Positions 1 through 7,845 of a stretch of 64,000 nucleotides of DNA are shown here, in pieces. The notes beneath the pieces are model-generated. The model did not search any database. It saw only the letters and a program-made list of their open reading frames with translations, and had not been told where the DNA came from. A program made the translations under genes and the position numbers. Each line of letters begins with the position of its first letter. Position 1 is the first letter of the stretch. The DNA comes from an uncultured Eubacteriales bacterium (GTDB lineage: Bacteria; Bacillota; Clostridia; Oscillospirales; Oscillospiraceae): positions 12,282 through 76,281 of the forward strand of contig URQY01000004.1 in the NCBI GenBank assembly GCA_900550165.1, read 5' to 3'.

Positions 1-2
1 AG

Positions 3-137
3 CAGGTCGGCAAATACGTGACATGGCTGCCCGAAATGGTCACGACGCTGCCCGATTTCGTCACGGCGCTGCACACGCTGGAAACGCGTCCCGCCATCTG
101 GACGGGCAGCGGCTACGACGTTGTCACCGAATTTTAA
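3..137 (+). CDS. 3' end of an upstream CDS, partial (…QVGKYVTWLPEMVTTLPDF…YDVVTEF*), product unknown
   Basis: Open frame from the window edge with host-like GC3 codon use, TAA at 135-137, followed by a GC hairpin at 150-180. Confidence 0.55.
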   Translation, partial: QVGKYVTWLPEMVTTLPDFVTALHTLETRPAIWTGSGYDVVTEF

Positions 138-299
138 GCGGAACTTTTCAGGAGACCGGCGCGCCATGCGCCGGTCTCCTGTTCCATGGCGCTTTGTCAT
201 ATGTGATATTCATGCAGGAAAACTGTAGTAATATTCCACAAGAAGCGCTTCTCCGGCGGAAAAAGATTCTCAAAATCTGGAGAAGTGGAAAATTAGGCA

Positions 300-328
300 T
301 TGACATTTTCCCGGCGCGGGAGTATGGT
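300..328 (+). promoter_or_regulatory. sigma-A promoter for the riboswitch/ABC operon
   Basis: TTGACA(300-305)-N17-TATGGT(323-328). Confidence 0.6.
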
Positions 329-363
329 AGCGCCAACAATTTCAAATGCCCGATCGCAAGGTC

Positions 364-530
364 GGGAAGATAGAGGCGCGGCCGACAAGAGTAGCGCGTT
401 CGCAACGGAGCAGAGATCCGGAGCGCGTGAAAGGGGAAGCCGCCGAAGTGGAAACGGGTCCTGTACCGTTTTTGCTGGTTCGTCAGAGAAGATCTGCCGG
501 ACTGTCACGTATGTGGAGCGCTATCGAGGT
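364..530 (+). ncRNA. Lysine riboswitch (L-box)
   Basis: Ordered L-box motifs GATAGAGGCGC…AGTA…GAAAGGG…CGCCGAA…CTGG…ACTGTC…GGAGCGCTATC; P1 GATAG/CTATC; upstream of an amino-acid ABC transporter. Confidence 0.9.
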
Positions 531-587
531 CGGCAGGCTGTCCGTCCCCAAGGGGAAGATGGGTTTGCCGGATTGCAGTACATTTGC

Positions 588-629
588 AGCCGTAAATGCT
601 TCACAAAGCATTTACGGCTTTGTTTTTTG
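588..629 (+). terminator. Riboswitch expression-platform terminator
   Basis: AGCCGTAAATGCTT/AAGCATTTACGGCT stem followed by TTGTTTTTTG, between aptamer and first ATG. Confidence 0.75.
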
Positions 630-719
630 TCTGCATCGGGAGTGCGAAGGATCCCTGAAAAAGCAGGACTCCCCTGTTTTTGAAAAATCAAACCCATCAC
701 AAGAAAGGAAACCACCACC

Positions 720-1589
720 ATGAAGCTCAGAACCTTTACCGCCCTCCTGCTGGCGGCCATCATGCTCTTCGCGCTCACCGCCTGCGGCAGTCAGGCCGCC
801 GACGATTCCAGCACCGATCAGCAGCAGGAACAGCAGGACACCACTACAAACGAAAGCAACGAATTCCGCGTCGGCATGGAGTGCGCTTACGCCCCCAACA
901 ACTGGCAGGAGAGCGAAGCGACGGACTCGAACGTCCCCGTTGAAAACGTCGCCGGCGCGTATGCCGAGGGTTACGACGTGCAGATCGCCAAGGCCATCGC
1001 AGACGGTCTCGGCAAGGACCTCGTCATCGTCAAGCTGAGCTGGGACGGCCTGATCGACGCGCTCAACCAGGGCCAGATTGACGCGATCATCGCCGGTATG
1101 ATGGATACCGCCGAGCGCCGCGAGTCCATCAACTTCTCCGAGCCCTATCGCGAGACCACCTACGGCATCATGGTCCTCGCCGATTCCCCGTACTTAAACG
1201 CCACCTCCATTCAGGATTTTTCCGGTGCGGCCGTCCTCGGTCAGCAGGGCACGGCGCTCGATGACGTCATCGACCAGATCGAGGGCGTCGACCACCTCAG
1301 TCCCGTCGGCAGTGTGCCCGACATGATCTCCCGCCTGCAGCAGGGTTCCTGCGACGCCATCGTCATCAACGAGGAGAACGCGCAGGGCTACCTTGCTTCC
1401 AACCCGAACTTCCGCCTTGTCACCTTCACGGACGGCAACGGCTTCACCCTCCCGGCCAAGGGATCCTGCGTCGGCCTGCGCAAGAGCGACACCGAGCTGC
1501 TTGACCAGGTCAACAGCATCCTCGCCACCCTCGACAAGGACACCCGCGCCGAGATGTGGCAGACCGCCGTTGACAACCAGCCGCAGTAA
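720..1589 (+). CDS. Amino-acid (probably lysine) ABC transporter substrate-binding lipoprotein
   Basis: Lipobox LTAC; SBP family 3 motifs GMECAYAP, GYDV, WDGLI; under an L-box. Confidence 0.9.
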   Translation: MKLRTFTALLLAAIMLFALTACGSQAADDSSTDQQQEQQDTTTNESNEFRVGMECAYAPNNWQESEATDSNVPVENVAGAYAEGYDVQIAKAIADGLGKDLVIVKLSWDGLIDALNQGQIDAIIAGMMDTAERRESINFSEPYRETTYGIMVLADSPYLNATSIQDFSGAAVLGQQGTALDDVIDQIEGVDHLSPVGSVPDMISRLQQGSCDAIVINEENAQGYLASNPNFRLVTFTDGNGFTLPAKGSCVGLRKSDTELLDQVNSILATLDKDTRAEMWQTAVDNQPQ

Positions 1590-1685
1590 GGCCCCACGCA
1601 CCGCCGCCGCTGCGATTGCGGCGGCGGGCACGCGAAGCACAGCACAAGATCGGGCGCGCTTCGCACCACGAAGGAGGAATCACAA

Positions 1686-2867
1686 ATGACCGCACCCACC
1701 GCGCCCCGGCAGAACTTCATCACCCGGGATCACCGTTACGTTTATTTAGGCGGAAGCCTTATCGCCCTGCTGGGCCTTGGTATGTTCTATTCCGCCCCCA
1801 GTCCGTACAGCTTTATCCCCGCGCAGTCCGTGTTCGGCACGGCGCTCGCGGTGATCTGCTGGTTCTTCCTCGGCGTGAGCGCCATGGCGCTGCTCGTCAA
1901 GTGGGCCTACTGGAACAGCTATGACGGCACCGTCATGAAGCGCCCGCTCATCATGCGCATCAGTCGCTACCTCTCCTATCTGGATGCCGCGGCCTGCGCG
2001 CTGCTGGTGCTGGACCGCTTTATCCTCAAGCTCGCCTACATCGTCAATACCGCCATCCACGCCGAGAGCAATCCGACCGAGACGCTCTCCACCATGGTCT
2101 ACATGGCGTATAACCAGCGCTCGCTCTTCGCCATCGGCATTTCGTACACGGTGCGTCTGGCACTGTTCGGCACGGCCATTGCGTTCGTGCTGTCGCTGCT
2201 CATGGTGTTTCTCCGCATTCAGGAGCCGGACAAGCGCGACAACGACTTTGTAAAGTTCCTCAAGATCGTTGCCAACAAGTTCTCCCGCTTCTACATCTTC
2301 GTCATCCGCGGCACGCCGATGATGGTGCAGTCGCTCATCCTTTATAACGCCGTGTTCGGTCTTTTCAAGCGCACGGGTATGAGTGTTTCGGACATCAACC
2401 GTGTCTGGCCTCTGTTCTTAGCAGGTCTTGTCACCGTTTCCCTCAACTCCACGGCTTACCTCGCCGAGGTCCTGCGCGGCGGCATCCTCGCCGTGGACGC
2501 GGGCCAGATGGAGGCCGCGCGCTCGCTCGGCATGACGCACTGGCAGGCCATGCGCAAGGTCGTCTTCCCGCAGGCCATCAAAAATTCGCTTCCCGCCATC
2601 GGCAACGAATTCATCATCAACATCAAGGATTCGTCCGTGCTGTGCGTCGTCGGCGTGTCCGACCTGATGTTCATGACCCGCTCGGTCGCCGGTATTTATT
2701 ATAAAGGTACCGAGTGCTATCTCATCGCTGCCATCGTTTACCTCATCCTCACGTATCTTTCCTCGCTCCTGCTCAAAGCCCTTACGGGCAAGATGACCGC
2801 GCCGGACAACACCAAGCGGCACCAGGGCAACCACACCGTCGACCTGGGGCTTCCCAGCTCGAACTGA
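1686..2867 (+). CDS. Amino-acid ABC transporter permease with N-terminal membrane extension
   Basis: RGTPMMVQ, AYLAEVLRGGI, GQMEAARSLGM (EAA loop), NEFIINIKDSS. Confidence 0.9.
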   Translation: MTAPTAPRQNFITRDHRYVYLGGSLIALLGLGMFYSAPSPYSFIPAQSVFGTALAVICWFFLGVSAMALLVKWAYWNSYDGTVMKRPLIMRISRYLSYLDAAACALLVLDRFILKLAYIVNTAIHAESNPTETLSTMVYMAYNQRSLFAIGISYTVRLALFGTAIAFVLSLLMVFLRIQEPDKRDNDFVKFLKIVANKFSRFYIFVIRGTPMMVQSLILYNAVFGLFKRTGMSVSDINRVWPLFLAGLVTVSLNSTAYLAEVLRGGILAVDAGQMEAARSLGMTHWQAMRKVVFPQAIKNSLPAIGNEFIINIKDSSVLCVVGVSDLMFMTRSVAGIYYKGTECYLIAAIVYLILTYLSSLLLKALTGKMTAPDNTKRHQGNHTVDLGLPSSN

Positions 2868-2879
2868 CAGGAGGGCGCT

Positions 2880-3199
2880 ATGTCGAACGATCCCATCATC
2901 AAAATCGAACAGCTTGAAAAGTCCTTCGGCGACCTGCACGTGCTCAAGGGCATTGACCTTGAGGTCGACCGCGGCGAGGTCGTGTGCATCATCGGCGCGT
3001 CCGGCTCCGGCAAATCGACGCTGCTGCGCTGCATCAACCTGCTGGAGGAGGCCGACTCGGGCCACATCTGGTTCGACGGACAGGACTTAATGGACCTGAA
3101 GGTCAACCTGAACGCCCTGCGCCAGAAGATCGGCATGGTGTTCCAGGGTTTTAACCTCTTCAACAACAAGTCGGTGCTCGACAACTGCACGCTCGCGCC
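2880..3199 (+). pseudogene. Amino-acid ABC ATPase (GlnQ-like), truncated after about 106 codons
   Basis: Walker A GASGSGKS and Q-loop GMVFQ present; homology ends at NCTLAP; no LSGGQ signature or Walker B; ORF runs on into AT-richer foreign DNA to 3428. Confidence 0.85.
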
Positions 3200-3711
3200 A
3201 GCGTCTTATCATAGACGCGCAGTCGACCCGTGGATTTTGCATCGCCATAATAGCGGGTACTTTTGTAATGCGATTCATTTTTGCGGGAATAAACATAAAG
3301 GCTGTCATATTCGCAGGAAACATCAAAAGTATAATCAACTCTGCGGATACGGACATTGTAAAGCGCAACAGAGGCACGCAAATAAGACAATAACCACTGC
3401 AAGCATTTTACCGCTGTATCGTCGTTAGCAAGATGCACTGTATTTGGATTGAAATTCAAATCGAAAAACGGCGCATCTTCATAAAATTGAACGTGTAGCC
3501 CGCCAATTTGATAGGCGCGGTAATGATGATATTTCCCTTTCAGTTTCGTCCCGGACTTAGACGAGTAATCTTTGGACTTTTCACCTAAACTCTTGACAGC
3601 TTCTTCCAGTTCTTCCCACTGTGCAAGAGAAAGCAGCAAATGGAATTCAAGCGTAAACCAATCAATCGTATACGCGCATTCGTTCTTCTCTTTGAATCTG
3701 TAATATTCCAA
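3199..3711 (-). pseudogene. Rep_trans-family rolling-circle initiator/relaxase, C-terminally truncated
   Basis: Motifs IDW…RRVDYTFD…TRYYG…RLRVYDK typical of Rep_trans (pT181 RepC/NicK-like); RBS GGAGGA upstream; breaks right after YDKTL. Confidence 0.75.
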
Positions 3712-3740
3712 ATGGTGTTCCTCCCAAATGGTAAAAATAC

Positions 3741-3776
3741 CACTTATTTCACCTATTAGTACGGGTGAAATAAGTG
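3741..3776 (-). promoter_or_regulatory. Putative dso/oriT nick-site hairpin
   Basis: Perfect 13-bp inverted repeat CACTTATTTCACC/GGTGAAATAAGTG; minus-strand loop CGTACT^AATA; 30 bp upstream of rep. Confidence 0.65.
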
Positions 3777-4050
3777 TTCCGACTGCTGCCCTCCGACGTG
3801 AGTGAAAAGTGATACTTAGTCAAGTAAGACGCTGCGACGTCCAGCACCCGCAACTGCAACGGCAGGGCTGGGAATAGCGAAAAACTTAGTGCCTGCGGCG
3901 GGGGGCTGCACCCCCCGCGCATGGGACGCAGCTCAACGAAAGATCAAGCTCTCCCCCTGCGCACGTCTGAATTCAGCGAACAGCGCTTGCGCGCTGCTCA
4001 CTGAATTCAAACGGTTGGGCGGGTTCTGCACGCGCAGCGAAGCAACGCTA

Positions 4051-4257
4051 CTAATCAACCAAGGCATACAGAATGAGGCCAGAACATTTTCTTTCGTCTG
4101 CAATGACTTTCAACGAGGTACGCAAGTCCTCACACAAAAATTCATATTTGTCATCGTGCTTAACGCTATAGCCTGATTCATCGAGAATTTCACAAAAGAA
4201 TTGCAAATCACCCTCAAAAACATCGATAGCTTTCTTTCCGTTGATAGTCAGTTCCAT
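4051..4257 (-). CDS. Small acidic hypothetical protein (68 aa) of the element
   Basis: Strong RBS GGAGGT; own promoter TTGACA-N17-TACGAT. Confidence 0.7.
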   Translation of the reverse strand: MELTINGKKAIDVFEGDLQFFCEILDESGYSVKHDDKYEFLCEDLRTSLKVIADERKCSGLILYALVD

Positions 4258-4289
4258 AATTTACCTCCATAATACTTTTCTTTATTGAG

Positions 4290-4432
4290 TATCTATTTCG
4301 GATATCATCGTACTATCCGATTCAGATATTGTCAATGCAGAAAAGTAAAGGATTCTCCAAAACAGAGAATCTTTTTAATATCTAAAACGGATAGTATTCT
4401 TCGTTGACTATCCGAAACGAATAGTATACAAT
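4290..4432. promoter_or_regulatory. Divergent sigma-A promoters with four 15-bp palindromic operators
   Basis: TATCTATTTCGGATA 4290, TATCCGATTCAGATA 4314, TATCTAAAACGGATA 4379, TATCCGAAACGAATA 4409; leftward TTGACA-N17-TACGAT; rightward TTGACT-N17-TACAAT. Confidence 0.75.
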
Positions 4433-4460
4433 GAGTAAAAATCACGAGGGAGAAACAGCC

Positions 4461-4865
4461 ATGAACGAGCAGGAAAACAAGGCCAAGCAACTTTTCAAAG
4501 AATCCGCTTCCGCAAAAGAAGCAGCCAAAAACGCATGGAAGTTCAGCATGGACGATAGCCTGTCAGACCGTGAGAAGCTGCACCAGCTCGGGGAGCTTAT
4601 CAAGGGCGAAGCCGCCACTGCTGCAAACTACAAGGAACAGCGCGCCACGAGAAAGAAAGCTGTTGCCGACCGGCTGCAACAGATTCGCAAGGAGCGAGGG
4701 CTGATGCAAAAAGAGGTCGCAGACAAAACCGGCATCAACATGGTCACGCTGTCCGGCTATGAGATCGGAAAGAACGAACCGAACCTCGAAGCATTGGTAA
4801 GACTTGCTGATGTTTACAAAGTGTCCCTCGACTATCTCATGTGCCGCACCGATGAAAAGGAATAG
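4461..4865 (+). CDS. XRE-family HTH repressor (HTH at C-terminus)
   Basis: RLQQIRKERGLMQKEVA…LSGYEIGKNEPNLEALVRLADVYKVSLDYL; start moved to the second ATG (RBS GAGGGAG; first ATG overlaps the -10). Confidence 0.85.
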   Translation: MNEQENKAKQLFKESASAKEAAKNAWKFSMDDSLSDREKLHQLGELIKGEAATAANYKEQRATRKKAVADRLQQIRKERGLMQKEVADKTGINMVTLSGYEIGKNEPNLEALVRLADVYKVSLDYLMCRTDEKE

Positions 4866-4874
4866 TCCATAATC

Positions 4875-4915
4875 AAAAGCAGCTCTGCGCATTAAAATTG
4901 CGCAGAGCTGCTTTT
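4875..4915 (+). terminator. Intrinsic terminator after the XRE gene
   Basis: 17-bp inverted repeat AAAAGCAGCTCTGCGCA/TGCGCAGAGCTGCTTTT. Confidence 0.7.
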
Positions 4916-5022
4916 GCAACTTTTCTTCAATTTTGGGCACCAGCTATTCAGGCGATTTTCCCATTTTTTCGTTATAAATGACAAAAGCCTTGCAGCACTA
5001 AGGCTACAAGGCTTTTTTTCTC

Positions 5023-5098
5023 TGGTGCGCGGTACAGGACTCGAACCTGTGACCCCATGCACGTCAAGCATGTGCTCTACCAGCTGAGCTAACCGCGC
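5023..5098 (-). tRNA. tRNA-Val (GAC)
   Basis: GCGCGGTTAGCTCAGCTGGTAGAGC…CATGC-TTGACGT-GCATG…GGTTCGAGTCC…CCGCGCACCA; 76 nt, encoded CCA. Confidence 0.97.
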
Positions 5099-5358
5099 GA
5101 ATCGAACAGTGATATACTACTATATCCGCCGTCTTTTGTCAACACTTTTTTCAAAAAACCGCGAATTTTTCTTCTTCCCGCAAAGAGACTATTTTTAGTT
5201 TACGCTGCCCGCGCGCAAATGTAAAGACGGGAAAATAGCAGAAAATGACCGCCCTTTTTCATCTATTTTTCTGCGGGCGCCTTTCTTGTCAATTCTGCGT
5301 AAGTTCTATATAATGGGGTCATATTATGTGTTGAATGAAAATGGGGTGCTTTTTTACG

Positions 5359-6843
5359 ATGGGAAAGATCGGTTTCGATAACGACAAATATCTTGCCATG
5401 CAGTCTGCGCACATCCGCGAGCGCATCAGTCAGTTCGGCGGCAAGCTGTATCTGGAATTCGGCGGCAAGCTCTTCGACGATTTTCACGCCTCGCGCGTGC
5501 TGCCCGGCTTTCAGCCCGACAGCAAGATCCGTATGCTTCAGCAGCTGCGCGACGATGCGGAGATCGTCATTGCCGTCAACGCCAACGACATTGAAAAGAA
5601 CAAGGTGCGCGGCGACCTCGGCATCACCTATGATGACGACTGCCTTCGCCTGATCGACGCGTTCCGCTCGCTGGGGCTCTACGTCGGCGGCGTGTGCATC
5701 ACGCAGTACGCGGGGCAGAACGCGGCGGACGCCTTCATCAAGCGGCTCAACACGCTGGGCGTGCGCAACTACCGCCACTACCCCATCGCGGGCTACCCCT
5801 CCGACGTTGCCCACATCGTGAGCGACGAGGGCTTTGGCCGCAACGAGTACATCGAAACGACGCACTCCCTCGTCGTTGTCACCGCGCCGGGCCCCGGCAG
5901 CGGCAAGATGGCGACCTGTCTCTCCCAGCTTTACCACGAGCACAAGCACGGCGTGAGCGCGGGCTACGCCAAGTTCGAGACCTTCCCCATCTGGAATCTG
6001 CCGCTCAAGCATCCTGTCAACCTCGCTTACGAGGCCGCGACCGCGGACCTCGACGACGTGAACATGATCGACCCGTTCCACCTCGAGGCCTACGGCGAAA
6101 CGACCGTCAACTACAACCGCGACGTGGAGATCTTCCCCGTCCTGCGCGCGATCTTTGAGCGCATCTCCGGCCGGTGCCCCTACAAGTCCCCGACGGACAT
6201 GGGCGTCAACATGGCGGGCAACTGCATCATTGACGACGAGGCCTGCCGCGCCGCCTCGCGCATGGAGATCCTGCGCCGCTATTACACCGCGCAGGTCGAT
6301 GTGGCGCGCGGCATTGCCGACGCCTGCCAGCTCAGGAAGCTCGAGCTCGTCATGCAGCAGGCGGATGTGACGCCCGACCTCTGCCCCGCTGTGGCCGCTG
6401 CCAAGCAGAAGGCCGAGGAGACCGGCGCGCCCGCAGGCGCGATGATGCTGCCGGACGGCCGCGTCGTCACGGGCAAGACCTCTTCCCTGCTCGGCGCTTC
6501 CGCCGCACTGCTCCTGAATTCCCTCAAGGCCATGGCCGGTATCCGCAGCGACCTGGACCTCATCTCCAATCAGGTCATCGAGCCGATCTCGGCGCTGAAG
6601 ATCCAGTCCCTCGGCCACCACAACCCGCGCCTGCACTCCGACGAGGTGCTCATCGCGCTGGCGATCTCGGCGCTCACCAATCCCCTCGCGGACATGGCGC
6701 GCGCCCAGCTCGGCAGTCTTCGCGGCTGCGACGCACACTTCTCCGTCATCATCTCGGAGGAGGATATCAAGCTCTACAAGCGCCTCGGCATTCATGTCAG
6801 CTGCGAGCCGAAGTATGAATCCAAGCGTCTTTATCACAAGTAA
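5359..6843 (+). CDS. DUF1846 (UPF0371) family protein
   Basis: KLYLEFGGKLFDDFHASRVLPGF, P-loop-like GPGSGKMAT, YKSPTDMGVN. Confidence 0.85.
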   Translation: MGKIGFDNDKYLAMQSAHIRERISQFGGKLYLEFGGKLFDDFHASRVLPGFQPDSKIRMLQQLRDDAEIVIAVNANDIEKNKVRGDLGITYDDDCLRLIDAFRSLGLYVGGVCITQYAGQNAADAFIKRLNTLGVRNYRHYPIAGYPSDVAHIVSDEGFGRNEYIETTHSLVVVTAPGPGSGKMATCLSQLYHEHKHGVSAGYAKFETFPIWNLPLKHPVNLAYEAATADLDDVNMIDPFHLEAYGETTVNYNRDVEIFPVLRAIFERISGRCPYKSPTDMGVNMAGNCIIDDEACRAASRMEILRRYYTAQVDVARGIADACQLRKLELVMQQADVTPDLCPAVAAAKQKAEETGAPAGAMMLPDGRVVTGKTSSLLGASAALLLNSLKAMAGIRSDLDLISNQVIEPISALKIQSLGHHNPRLHSDEVLIALAISALTNPLADMARAQLGSLRGCDAHFSVIISEEDIKLYKRLGIHVSCEPKYESKRLYHK

Positions 6844-6861
6844 TTCTGGAGAAGCAATATC

Positions 6862-7797
6862 ATGGCAAACGAAAAAAACCGCAAGGAACGCTATGCCGTC
6901 GTCTGCGGCGGCGTGAACATCGATATCGGCGCACACTCCTTCGCTCCGCTGCGCGCCAAGGACTCCAACCCCGGCAAGGTCGAGCTCAGTCTCGGCGGCG
7001 TGGGGCGCAACATTGCGCACAATATGCGCCTGCTCGGTGTGCCGACCTACCTTCTGACCGCCGTGGGTGGCGATTCGCGTGCGCGCCAGGTCGAAGAAAG
7101 CTGCCAAGCGCTCGGCATCGACCTTTCGCACGCGCTGCGCGTGTCCGACGGCCGCACCTCGACCTATGTCTTTGTCGGCGACAGCGACGGCGATATGGCC
7201 ATCGCGGTTTCCGACATGGAGATCTGCGAAAAGCTGACGCCGGACTACTTCGCCTCTCAGCTCGACCTTCTCAATGGCGCGGCCGCTGTGGTCGTCGACG
7301 CGAATCTGCCGCGTGCGTCCATCGCGTTTATCACAGAGCACTGCACCGCGCCCATTTTCATCGACCCCGTTTCCACCGTCAAGGCGGAAAAGCTCCGGGG
7401 ACTCCTTGGCCGCGTGCACACGCTCAAGCCCAACCGCATCGAGGCCGAGCTTCTCTCGGGCGTGACGATCACGGACGATGAAAGCCTTCGTCAGGCAGCG
7501 CAGGCGCTGCTCGATCAGGGCGTACAGCGCGTGTTTCTGTCCCTCGGCGGCGACGGTGTGCTCGCCGCGCAGCAGGATGAAATGCAGCGCGTGCCCATCT
7601 GCCGGGCCGAGATGCGCAACGCCACCGGCGCGGGCGACGCGATGATGGCGGCGCTCGTGTGGTCGTTTCTCTCGGGCCGCTCGCTCACCGAGAGCGCCGC
7701 GTCCGGCACTGCTGCCGCAGCCATCGCGGTCGAGAGCGAGGAGACCATCAACCCCGCCATGAGCGCGGAAGCCGTGGAAAAGCGCCTTGCGCACTGA
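6862..7797 (+). CDS. PfkB-family carbohydrate kinase (pseudouridine-kinase-like)
   Basis: GGVGRNIAHN, LKPNRIEAE, NATGAGDA. Confidence 0.85.
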   Translation: MANEKNRKERYAVVCGGVNIDIGAHSFAPLRAKDSNPGKVELSLGGVGRNIAHNMRLLGVPTYLLTAVGGDSRARQVEESCQALGIDLSHALRVSDGRTSTYVFVGDSDGDMAIAVSDMEICEKLTPDYFASQLDLLNGAAAVVVDANLPRASIAFITEHCTAPIFIDPVSTVKAEKLRGLLGRVHTLKPNRIEAELLSGVTITDDESLRQAAQALLDQGVQRVFLSLGGDGVLAAQQDEMQRVPICRAEMRNATGAGDAMMAALVWSFLSGRSLTESAASGTAAAAIAVESEETINPAMSAEAVEKRLAH

Positions 7798-7804
7798 AAA
7801 AGCG

Positions 7805-7845
7805 AATAAGAAAAAAGGACCGCCCACGCGGTCCTTTTTCTTATT
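7805..7845. terminator. Bidirectional terminator
   Basis: AATAAGAAAAAAGGACCGC…GCGGTCCTTTTTCTTATT between convergent genes. Confidence 0.75.

Larger units (their letters stand above)
3199..5022. mobile_element. Remnant of a tRNA-Val-integrated Rep_trans/MOBT-type integrative element
   Basis: Abrupt drop in GC; rep fragment, nick-site hairpin and XRE switch; abuts tRNA 3' end; no integrase left. Confidence 0.75.

Noticed and set aside
23..778. Several short overlapping ORFs upstream of the ABC operon
   Set aside because: They overlap the promoter, lysine riboswitch and terminator, and lack RBS or family motifs
3200..3428. C-terminal ~75 aa of the 182-aa ATPase ORF as a novel fusion domain
   Set aside because: It is the antisense read of the rep fragment past the junction
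3889..4176. 95-aa plus-strand ORF in the element
   Set aside because: It runs through the palindrome tract and antisense to the 68-aa gene that has the RBS and promoter
5263..7827. 854-aa minus-strand ORF
   Set aside because: Shadow frame of DUF1846/pfkB caused by high GC3 codon bias
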